A DNA stretch of 32,000 bases from Alphaproteobacteria bacterium. Its GTDB lineage: Bacteria; Pseudomonadota; Alphaproteobacteria; UBA7985; JAUIBT01. The translations under genes and the position numbers were made by a program. Position 1 is the stretch's first letter, and each line of letters begins with the position of its first letter. Under the pieces are notes generated by a model. It was given only the letters and a program-made list of their open reading frames with translations, made no database searches and was not told the origin of the DNA. Shown piece after piece: positions 1 through 15,393 of the stretch. Where the stretch lies: NCBI GenBank assembly GCA_030428565.1, contig JAUIDR010000026.1, positions 12,754 through 44,753 on the forward strand. The letters run 5' to 3'.

Positions 1-524
1 ATGCGCGGGGCGTTGAACAAAGCCAGCGGGCGCAGCGTCGAGCCGATAAAATCAATGTCACCGTTGACCAGCTGGTCGTCCATAGTGGCCAGATCGGGCG
101 CATCGAACAGGCGGCTAAAGCTCTTGAGCTTGTCGGCGCTAAAGGCCCCTTCGACATAAATGCCTTCAGAAAAAGCAAAGTGGATGGGGATGGCTAGATC
201 GCTGAGTCCCACCTCAAAATCACAGCCGTGATTGCGGCGCAACTCCTTGAGCTGACGCAGCAAGTAGCCGGCGAAAAGATCGGGGCGGGTGATGGTGGTG
301 GCAAAATCGCCGCTGGTATCGCAAAAGCCGAAGGAGCGCCCATCGTGGTCGTTGAGCGCTTCGGTGATGGCGACCCGAATTGCGGGGTAATAGGCGTGCA
401 CCGGCTGATCGGGCTCGTTGCCCGCCACGAAGGCGTCAAAGGCCTGGCGCAGGCGTTGGGTCTCTTGCGCGTAGAGGTCGATCAAGGCCTCGACGGCGGC
501 TTGGGGACTGGTGTAGGTCTGCAT
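1..524 (-). CDS. amn: AMP nucleosidase, N-terminal ~174 codons (5' part of the gene; continues beyond the window start)
   Basis: The reverse strand is open from ATG (complement of 524-522) to position 1. It is missing from the ORF track because it runs off the edge. My translation is MQTYTSPQAAVEALIDLYAQETQRLRQAFDAF...RSFGFCDTSGDFATTITRPDLFAGYLLRQLKELR...LRPLALFNAPR. From memory this matches the N-terminal domain of E. coli Amn (...YTTTITRPTLFRSYLNEQL... and ...PLSHFDARR...). The catalytic domain lies outside the window. Confidence 0.75.
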   Translation of the reverse strand, partial: MQTYTSPQAAVEALIDLYAQETQRLRQAFDAFVAGNEPDQPVHAYYPAIRVAITEALNDHDGRSFGFCDTSGDFATTITRPDLFAGYLLRQLKELRRNHGCDFEVGLSDLAIPIHFAFSEGIYVEGAFSADKLKSFSRLFDAPDLATMDDQLVNGDIDFIGSTLRPLALFNAPR

Positions 525-592
525 CGCAAAGGCTTACGCCCAAGCGCGTGACAAAATCAAGACAACTCGGTTCGCGGTCACGGACTTTGACC

Positions 593-622
593 TTGACTCT
601 GGCGTGCCGCTTGGCCTATCTA
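593..622 (+). promoter_or_regulatory. Candidate sigma70-type promoter for rplJL (TTGACT-N18-TATCTA)
   Basis: TTGACT at 593-598, an 18-nt spacer, then TATCTA at 617-622, about 320 nt upstream of the rplJ ATG. This is a motif match only. Confidence 0.25.
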
Positions 623-943
623 GCCGCTCTCTTTGTTGGGACGGGCTTCGGCCTGTCCTCGTAAAGCGAACTGTCCAAGACGATTGGGTCGGTGGTCCGG
701 CGGCTTTTTGAGCCAAAGGCGCGCTGTAAATTCCCTTTCTAGACGGAACGCGATTGAGTTTGTCGTTTGTGTCAGACCGCTGCTTGTCAGCGCGGACCCA
801 GGCGCCAACTTTGCTTCCTTTGGACAGTGTTGTGCGGTGTGGCTTTGACCTCAAGTTGGTCAAGGGGCTTGCTTGCGAGCGTCTTGAACGGCCCAAGGCT
901 AGAGCTGCTTCCTCTAACCCTACCTTTTTGAAAGGAGATCCGA

Positions 944-1468
944 ATGGATCGCGCAGAAAAGGAAGCGTTGGTTAAAGAACTTCGCGCGCAGTTTGAGGCG
1001 TCTACATCGGTGGTCGTTGCCCGTCAAAAAGGCATGACCGTTGCTAAGACCCAAGACCTGCGTGGCAAGATTCGCGAGAAGGATTGTTCCTTCCGCGTGG
1101 CGAAAAACCGCCTCGTGCGCATCGCGATCGAAGGAACACCCTTTGAGCCTCTCAGCCCCGTTCTGGAAGGCCCAACGACACTGGCTTTCTCCTCTGACCC
1201 CTCGTCAGCGGCGAAAATTATGGTCGATTACTGCAAGGGCAGCGACAACCTGGAAATCGTAGCAGGCGCCATGGAAGGCGAACTGTTCGATGCTGACGGT
1301 GTTGTTAACATCCTGTCAAAAATGCCTACTCTGGACGAGATCCGCGCCACTCTGGCCGGTCTGCTCAAAGCCCCTGCGTCCAAGATGGCTGGTGTTCTCA
1401 AGGCCCCTGCTCAGAAGGTCGTCGGCGTCATCAAGGCGTACGAAGACAAGCTGGCAGAAAACGCCTGA
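944..1468 (+). CDS. rplJ: 50S ribosomal protein L10
   Basis: 174-aa ORF starting MDRAEKEALVKELRAQFEAS...VAKNRLVRIA. SD GAAAGGAG lies 5-12 nt upstream. It is directly followed by rplL. Confidence 0.96.
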   Translation: MDRAEKEALVKELRAQFEASTSVVVARQKGMTVAKTQDLRGKIREKDCSFRVAKNRLVRIAIEGTPFEPLSPVLEGPTTLAFSSDPSSAAKIMVDYCKGSDNLEIVAGAMEGELFDADGVVNILSKMPTLDEIRATLAGLLKAPASKMAGVLKAPAQKVVGVIKAYEDKLAENA

Positions 1469-1552
1469 TCTTAGATCAACCTTACCCTTATTTTTTCGAC
1501 ATTTCCCTGGGGTGCAAACGGCCCTGGTGGAAGCAAAACCTGGAGAAGACAC

Positions 1553-1945
1553 ATGTCTGATGATGCACTGTTTGATGAACTAGTAGAAAAGCTGTCGGCC
1601 CTGACCGTTAAGCAAGCCGCGGACCTGGCAAAGCGCCTGGAAGACGAGTGGGGCGTTGAAGCTGCCTCTGGTGGCGGCATGATGATGATGGCTGCTGCAC
1701 CTGGTGCAGACGCTGGCGCTGCTGCTGAAGAAAAGACCGAGTTCGACGTGATCTTGGCCTCTGCTGGCGACAAGAAGATCAACGTGATCAAGGAAGTTCG
1801 CGCTATCACTGGCCTGGGCCTGAAAGAAGCCAAGGCACTGGTAGAAGAAGCTCCGAAGCCGGTTAAAGAAGGCGCGTCTAAGGACGAAGCTGAAGAGCTG
1901 AAGAAGAAGCTGGAAGAAGCTGGCGCGACCGTCGAAATCAAGTAA
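1553..1945 (+). CDS. rplL: 50S ribosomal protein L7/L12
   Basis: 130-aa ORF with an N-terminal dimerisation helix ([22 protein letters not shown]), an Ala/Gly/Met hinge, and the conserved C-terminal domain ([24 protein letters not shown]...[11 protein letters not shown]). Confidence 0.97.
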   Translation: MSDDALFDELVEKLSALTVKQAADLAKRLEDEWGVEAASGGGMMMMAAAPGADAGAAAEEKTEFDVILASAGDKKINVIKEVRAITGLGLKEAKALVEEAPKPVKEGASKDEAEELKKKLEEAGATVEIK

Positions 1946-2006
1946 GCCTCGGCTTAGTTGAGCGCCGCTTGGCGGCGGCGACATCGCGCGGTTCGACCGC
2001 ATCAAA

Positions 2007-2040
2007 CGGCTGGTCCCGATTGGGGCCGGCCGTTTTTTTT
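2007..2040 (+). terminator. Intrinsic terminator downstream of rplL
   Basis: CGGCTGGTCCC (2007-2017) pairs with GGGGCCGGCCG (2022-2032), giving 11 bp including 2 G-U pairs, with a GATT loop. T8 follows directly at 2033-2040. Confidence 0.8.
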
Positions 2041-2075
2041 GTGCCCTGATGCTGCGGGCCAAATTGGCAGAAAAC

Positions 2076-2104
2076 TTGGCTGTGTTTGAACAGTTTGCTA
2101 AAGT
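2076..2104 (+). promoter_or_regulatory. Candidate promoter for the Cys-rich repeat gene (TTGGCT-N17-TAAAGT)
   Basis: TTGGCT at 2076-2081, a 17-nt spacer, then TAAAGT at 2099-2104. It sits in a visibly more AT-rich stretch between the rplL terminator and ATG 2179. This is a motif match only. Confidence 0.3.
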
Positions 2105-2178
2105 GTAAATCACAAAATTTCGCTTGTCTGTCCCACTGGCCTATTCTGAAATCAGGTCCGTGCAAAAGGAAAGAGATC

Positions 2179-2988
2179 ATGCGGGCGTTCGATCGCGTCT
2201 TGGTTGCTATGTTGCTGTTGTCCAGTCTCTTGGCTTTGGGCACCTTCACGCCCGCGCAATCGCAAGGGCTGAAATTCATCAAGGGTATCGGCGATTCTTG
2301 CGCGGGGCCTTACGACGAATGCACGCCAACGGCCTTCTGCAACGAATATAAAATCTGTCAGCCCAAGTCGGTGCAGACCATTCGCGGCATTGGCCAATAT
2401 TGCGGCGGCCCCAACGATATCTGCCAAGACGGGGCCTTTTGTAACGCCCAACGCGTCTGTCAGCGCCGCGCCAGTGGCGGCAACATTCGCGGCATCGGTG
2501 AGTCCTGTGGCGGCGGCCAAGACCAATGCCAGACCGGCAGTTTTTGTAACGAATACCGTGTCTGTGAGCGGGCAGGGGCCCGTTTGGTCAAGCGCTTGGG
2601 CGAGAGTTGTCGTAGCTCCAACGAAATCTGTGAGCCAGGAACCTACTGCAACGACCAACAAATTTGCGCGCAGCAAACGATCCGAGTTCTGCGCGGTATC
2701 GGCGATTATTGCGGGCGCCCCACCGACGAGTGCGCCTTTGGTAGCTTCTGCAACGCGCAAAAACGCTGCGAGGCTAGCGTCCTAAAAATTATCCGCGGCA
2801 TCGGCCAGTTCTGCGGCGGCCCGAATGATGAATGCGCGCAAGGCAGCTTTTGCAACGATCAACAGCTTTGTGAGAGCAGCGACACCATCAAATTCGTTAA
2901 AGGTGTTGGCGAATCATGCGGCGAACCCAACGAGATTTGCTCGCAAGGGGCTTATTGCAATATCGATTTTATCTGCGAGTCGTACTAG
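2179..2988 (+). CDS. Secreted cysteine-rich tandem-repeat protein of unknown function (269 aa, 28 Cys)
   Basis: The track ORF 2086-2988 opens with a TTG. The internal ATG at 2179 has SD AAAGGAAAGAG at 2165-2175 and yields a classical Sec signal peptide: MRAFDR + VLVAMLLLSSLLALG + TFTPAQSQ, with no lipobox Cys. The mature part consists of seven modules of the form [IVL]-[RK]-G-[IV]-G-x-x-C-x4-[DE]-x-C-x2-G-x-[FY]-C-N-x4-C. This periodicity exists only in this frame. Confidence 0.85.
   Translation: MRAFDRVLVAMLLLSSLLALGTFTPAQSQGLKFIKGIGDSCAGPYDECTPTAFCNEYKICQPKSVQTIRGIGQYCGGPNDICQDGAFCNAQRVCQRRASGGNIRGIGESCGGGQDQCQTGSFCNEYRVCERAGARLVKRLGESCRSSNEICEPGTYCNDQQICAQQTIRVLRGIGDYCGRPTDECAFGSFCNAQKRCEASVLKIIRGIGQFCGGPNDECAQGSFCNDQQLCESSDTIKFVKGVGESCGEPNEICSQGAYCNIDFICESY
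2269..2985 (+). repeat. Seven diverged in-frame tandem coding repeats of 90-111 bp (30-37 aa modules)
   Basis: Module boundaries, checked codon by codon: R1 2269-2379, R2 2380-2484, R3 2485-2586, R4 2587-2688, R5 2689-2790, R6 2791-2895, R7 2896-2985. The DNA copies differ at many synonymous positions (compare R2 attcgcggcattggccaatattgcggcggccccaacgat with R6 atccgcggcatcggccagttctgcggcggcccgaatgat). The duplications are therefore old, not a recent expansion. Confidence 0.85.
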
Positions 2989-3022
2989 TCAGCCGCGAAA
3001 GAGCCAAAAAATCGTTCCACCA

Positions 3023-3056
3023 GGGGTTGCAGCACTTTGCCGCAGACCCCTTTTTT
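3023..3056 (+). terminator. Intrinsic terminator downstream of the Cys-rich repeat gene
   Basis: GGGGT...ACCCC outer stem (3023-3027 / 3046-3050) with inner TGC/GCA pairs. T6 follows at 3051-3056, 35 nt after the stop codon. Confidence 0.65.
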
Positions 3057-3099
3057 AGCGCCTTATGGCCGGTGTTGCCGCTGTTCGAGTGCTTAGGGC

Positions 3100-3128
3100 T
3101 TGTCAAGTCTCTATCCAGCCCCTATACA
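3100..3128 (+). promoter_or_regulatory. Candidate dedicated promoter for rpoBC (TTGTCA-N17-TATACA)
   Basis: TTGTCA at 3100-3105, a 17-nt spacer, then TATACA at 3123-3128, just downstream of the 3023-3056 terminator. This is a motif match only. Confidence 0.3.
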
Positions 3129-3405
3129 AGGCGGCCCGACACGAATGGATGGTGTCGCCGCAACTCCCCTCTCTTCTATTTTCGTGTAGCGCTGGCTTTG
3201 CGCTGCCAATCACTTTGGTGATTTCTTTGACAACACGAGTTTCTTGGTAAGCAGTTAGCTTGTCGGAGTGCGCAGCGACCCCCGATTTTCGGCGCTTGGT
3301 CGACTGCGCTGTTGGCGTTTGTCTCGGTCGCATACCAGACCGACGATAGCCCGAACCGACCCCCTGATTGCCCGCCATCGAGGCTCCCAAATAAATGGTA
3401 GGTCC

Positions 3406-7587
<4,182 letters not shown>

Positions 7588-7708
7588 GTCGCCGCCAAGC
7601 CCGGTACTCCGATCCCCAGCGGGTCGGAGCCACCGGGACGCTCGCCCATATTTAGCGTAGCTGCCAGGCCCGTCCGGCCGCCGCGCCGTCCCCAAAAGGA
7701 GACACCTT

Positions 7709-11875
<4,167 letters not shown>

Positions 11876-11897
11876 GGGCCAAAAGCTAAACGACTCT

Positions 11898-11934
11898 AAA
11901 AACGGCGATCTTGTTTCAGATCGCCGTTTTTTTT
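11898..11934 (+). terminator. Intrinsic terminator downstream of rpoC
   Basis: ACGGCGATC (11902-11910) pairs perfectly with GATCGCCGT (11919-11927), with an 8-nt loop. T8 lies at 11927-11934 and an A5 run lies upstream, so it could function in both directions. Confidence 0.85.
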
Positions 11935-12296
11935 GCCCACAACTCACAAAAATGACCTGATTTTGCTTGCTTATCCGCGCAAAGCCGCTCTGCGGCCCCA
12001 TGGCATGCCTGCCATGCGCTTTCTAGGGCAGATATCGCTTGACTAGCCCCAAGAGCGTCACTAGGTTGCGCGAACCGTTGAGCAGCGGTGGGCTCCTCTA
12101 TGCCCGGTCTCCAGCAAAACTCAGGGTTTGTGCCCAGAGTTGCGTTCTCGGCCATCGGCGAGTGAGTTCCTTGTTGTTCGCACAGTTTGGACTCTCCATT
12201 CAGCAAAATAGCAGCCACGTGTTTTTACCCCCTTGAAATTCAAGGTGTGGATTACACGAAGGCCCATATCTTTGCTTCAAAGACCTAAGGTTAGGT

Positions 12297-12668
12297 ATGC
12301 CAACGATTAACCAGTTGATCCGCAAGCCGCGGAAAGACAAGCCCGCGCGCAACAAGGTTCCGGCTCTGGAATCTTGCCCTCAAAAGCGCGGTGTTTGCAC
12401 ACGTGTTTATACAACCACGCCCAAGAAGCCAAACTCGGCGATGCGTAAAGTCTGTCGTGTGCGTTTGACAAACGGCTATGAGGTCACGTCTTACATCCCC
12501 GGTGAGGGTCACAACCTGCAAGAGCACTCTGTTGTGATGATCCGCGGCGGCCGTGTGAAAGACTTGCCCGGTGTCCGCTATCACACTCTGCGTGGTGTCC
12601 TGGATACCCAGGGCGTTAAAGACCGTAAGCAGCGTCGTTCTAAGTACGGCGCTAAGCGTCCTAAATAA
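12297..12668 (+). CDS. rpsL: 30S ribosomal protein S12
   Basis: 123 aa, [13 protein letters not shown]...[19 protein letters not shown]...[13 protein letters not shown]. First gene of the str operon. Confidence 0.98.
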   Translation: MPTINQLIRKPRKDKPARNKVPALESCPQKRGVCTRVYTTTPKKPNSAMRKVCRVRLTNGYEVTSYIPGEGHNLQEHSVVMIRGGRVKDLPGVRYHTLRGVLDTQGVKDRKQRRSKYGAKRPK

Positions 12669-12674
12669 GGGTAA

Positions 12675-13151
<477 letters not shown>

Positions 13152-13187
13152 CAATAGTAACCGCAAGCGAGCACAGCAGGTTTCCCC

Positions 13188-15296
13188 ATGGCACGTAACA
13201 CGCCACTTGAACACTATCGCAACGTCGGCATCATGGCGCACATCGACGCCGGTAAAACGACGACTACTGAACGCATCCTGTACTACACCGGTGTTGAGCA
13301 CAAAATCGGTGAAGTGCACGAAGGCGCTGCTACCATGGACTGGATGGAGCAGGAGCAAGAGCGCGGCATTACCATTACTTCTGCGGCCACAACCTGCCAC
13401 TGGCAGTTGGTGGACATGGAAGGCAACATGGACCCGACGCGTTACCGCATCAACATCATCGACACCCCGGGCCACGTGGACTTCACCATTGAAGTTGAAC
13501 GCTCTTTGCGCGTTCTGGACGGCGCTGTTGCTGTGTTCGACTCGGTTGCTGGTGTTGAGCCGCAGTCTGAGACCGTTTGGCGCCAGGCCGACAAGTACGG
13601 CGTGCCTCGTATGTGTTTCGTCAACAAGATGGACCGCATGGGTGCCGATTTCTATCGCACCGTCGACATGATTGTCGACCGTCTGGGCGCAAACCCGCTG
13701 GTGACTCACTTGCCGATTGGCGCCGAGTCAGACTTCGAGGGCGTTGTTGACCTGATTCGCATGAAAGAAATTCTGTGGAAGGGTGAAGACCTGGGAGCGT
13801 CTTTCGAATACGTCGATATTCGCGACGAATTGAAGGACCGCGCTGACGAGTATCGTGAGAAGATGGTCGAGACCGCTGTCGAAATGGACGAAGCGGCGAT
13901 GGAAGCCTACTTGGAAGGCGAAGAGCCCAGCGATGATACGCTGCGCGCTTGCATCCGTAAGGGCACCATTGCGGGTGAATTCGTTCCCGTCTTCTGCGGC
14001 ACTGCCTTTAAGAACAAGGGTGTTCAGCCCCTGTTGGACAGCATGATCTGGTACATGCCTGCGCCGACCGACGTTGAGGCGATCAAGGGTGTTGATGCCA
14101 AGACCGAAGAAGAGACCGTCCGTCGTTCATCTGACGATGAGCCTTTCTCTTCACTGGCCTTCAAGATCATGAACGACCCGCACATGGGCTCTTTGACCTT
14201 TGCACGCATCTACTCTGGTGTCCTGAAGAAGGGCACACAGGTGTTGAACTCTGTGAAGGGCAACAAAGAGCGCGTGGGCCGTATGGTTCAGATGCACGCT
14301 CGCAAGACCGAGGATTTGGATGAAGCCTACGCGGGCGACATCGTGGCGATTGCTTCGCTGAAAGACACTACAACAGGCGACACCCTGTGTGATCCCATGA
14401 AGCCGGTTATCCTTGAGCGCATGGAATTCCCCGATCCCGTTATTTCGATCGCGGTTGAGCCCAAGTCAAAGGCCGACCAAGAAAAAATGGGTCTCGCCCT
14501 GGGCCGTTTGGCTAAAGAAGATCCTTCGTTCCGCGTTCAGTCGGACGATGAATCCGGCCAGACCGTGATTTCAGGCATGGGTGAATTGCACCTGGACATC
14601 ATCGTTGACCGCATGAAGCGCGAGTTCAAGGTCGAGTGTAACGTGGGTAACCCGCAGGTTGCTTACCGCGAATCTATCACCAAGCCTTACCGCGTTGACT
14701 ATACCCACAAGAAGCAGTCTGGTGGTTCTGGTCAGTTCGGTCGCGTGATTGTTGAGGTCGAGCCCAACGAAGCTGGCGCTGGCTTCGAGTTCGAAAGCAA
14801 GATCGTCGGTGGTTCTATTCCGCGTGAATACATCCCGGCCGTCGAATCGGGCTTCAAGTCATCGATGGATGCTGGCGTCATTGCCGGCTTCCCCATGGTT
14901 GACGTTAAGTTCACTTTGATGGACGGCGCCTACCACGACGTTGACTCGTCTGCCATCGCATTTGAAATTGCTGCTAAGGCAGCCTTCCGTGAAGCCATTC
15001 CTAAGTGTGGTCCCCAGCTGCTGGAGCCCATGATGAAGGTTGAGGTTCTGACACCGGAAGACTACATGGGCGACATCATCGGTGACTTGTCATCACGTCG
15101 CGGCCAAGTGACAGGCTCTGAACCCCGCGGCAATGCCGTTGCGGTAAACGCCTTCGTTCCTCTGGCAAACATGTTTGGTTACATCAATAACCTGCGCTCT
15201 ATGAGCTCTGGTCGTGCGCAATTTACCATGCAGTTCGACCACTACGAGCCCGTGCCGAAGCAGGTTGCTGATGAGGTTGTTGCGAATCTGGCCTAA
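13188..15296 (+). CDS. fusA: Elongation factor G
   Basis: 702 aa, with the G-domain motifs [27 protein letters not shown] and NKMD. It has the domain IV/V sequences and the conserved str-operon position. Confidence 0.98.
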   Translation: MARNTPLEHYRNVGIMAHIDAGKTTTTERILYYTGVEHKIGEVHEGAATMDWMEQEQERGITITSAATTCHWQLVDMEGNMDPTRYRINIIDTPGHVDFTIEVERSLRVLDGAVAVFDSVAGVEPQSETVWRQADKYGVPRMCFVNKMDRMGADFYRTVDMIVDRLGANPLVTHLPIGAESDFEGVVDLIRMKEILWKGEDLGASFEYVDIRDELKDRADEYREKMVETAVEMDEAAMEAYLEGEEPSDDTLRACIRKGTIAGEFVPVFCGTAFKNKGVQPLLDSMIWYMPAPTDVEAIKGVDAKTEEETVRRSSDDEPFSSLAFKIMNDPHMGSLTFARIYSGVLKKGTQVLNSVKGNKERVGRMVQMHARKTEDLDEAYAGDIVAIASLKDTTTGDTLCDPMKPVILERMEFPDPVISIAVEPKSKADQEKMGLALGRLAKEDPSFRVQSDDESGQTVISGMGELHLDIIVDRMKREFKVECNVGNPQVAYRESITKPYRVDYTHKKQSGGSGQFGRVIVEVEPNEAGAGFEFESKIVGGSIPREYIPAVESGFKSSMDAGVIAGFPMVDVKFTLMDGAYHDVDSSAIAFEIAAKAAFREAIPKCGPQLLEPMMKVEVLTPEDYMGDIIGDLSSRRGQVTGSEPRGNAVAVNAFVPLANMFGYINNLRSMSSGRAQFTMQFDHYEPVPKQVADEVVANLA

Positions 15297-15393
15297 GCGA
15301 CTATAAACACCGTTCTTTTCTCCCCGGGGGTGGCCACCCCCAACCACTCCTGCCCGGGTACCCCGGGGTTGACTAATCTAACGAGGCTTTGAA

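Noticed and set aside
1679-1690. An (ATG)4 run giving four consecutive Met residues in the L7/L12 hinge ([11 protein letters not shown])
   Set aside because: It is in frame within the naturally variable, flexible Ala/Gly hinge. It looks like harmless hinge variation rather than internal starts or a slippage site of functional significance.
2086-2178. A TTG-initiated 31-codon extension of the Cys-rich repeat ORF (MNSLLKCKSQNFACLSHWPILKSGPCKRKEI)
   Set aside because: It has no SD and would bury the signal peptide internally. ATG 2179 has a strong SD and gives a canonical n-h-c signal sequence.
2152-2785. Alternative-frame ORFs overlapping the Cys-rich gene (2152-2760 minus, 202 aa; 2390-2785 plus, 131 aa)
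   Set aside because: Only the 2179 frame shows the sevenfold Cys/Gly periodicity, a signal peptide and an SD. The other two are Ala/Thr/Val-rich shadow frames.
2269-2985. Whether the ~100-bp tandem periodicity could be a CRISPR array or a non-coding satellite
   Set aside because: The repeats are contiguous with no spacers and are diverged at the DNA level. They are in frame and conserved at the protein level, so they are coding repeats.
3065-3250. A 61-aa ORF (MAGVAAVRVLRACQ...) in the rpoB upstream region
   Set aside because: Its ATG abuts the terminator U-tract with no SD. It overlaps the promoter-like element and the leader hairpins, and its composition looks non-coding.
3268-3405. A 46-codon in-frame N-terminal extension of the rpoB ORF ([22 protein letters not shown]...)
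   Set aside because: The conserved RpoB N-terminus ([21 protein letters not shown]...) begins exactly at ATG 3406. The extension is Arg/Ser-rich sequence typical of a GC-rich untranslated region, and it overlaps the predicted leader hairpins.
11916-12236. ORFs in the rpoC-rpsL spacer (11916-12218 minus, 100 aa; 12039-12236 plus, 65 aa with a TTG start)
   Set aside because: Neither has an SD. One runs through the rpoC terminator, and neither has recognisable motifs. I treat the spacer as non-coding.
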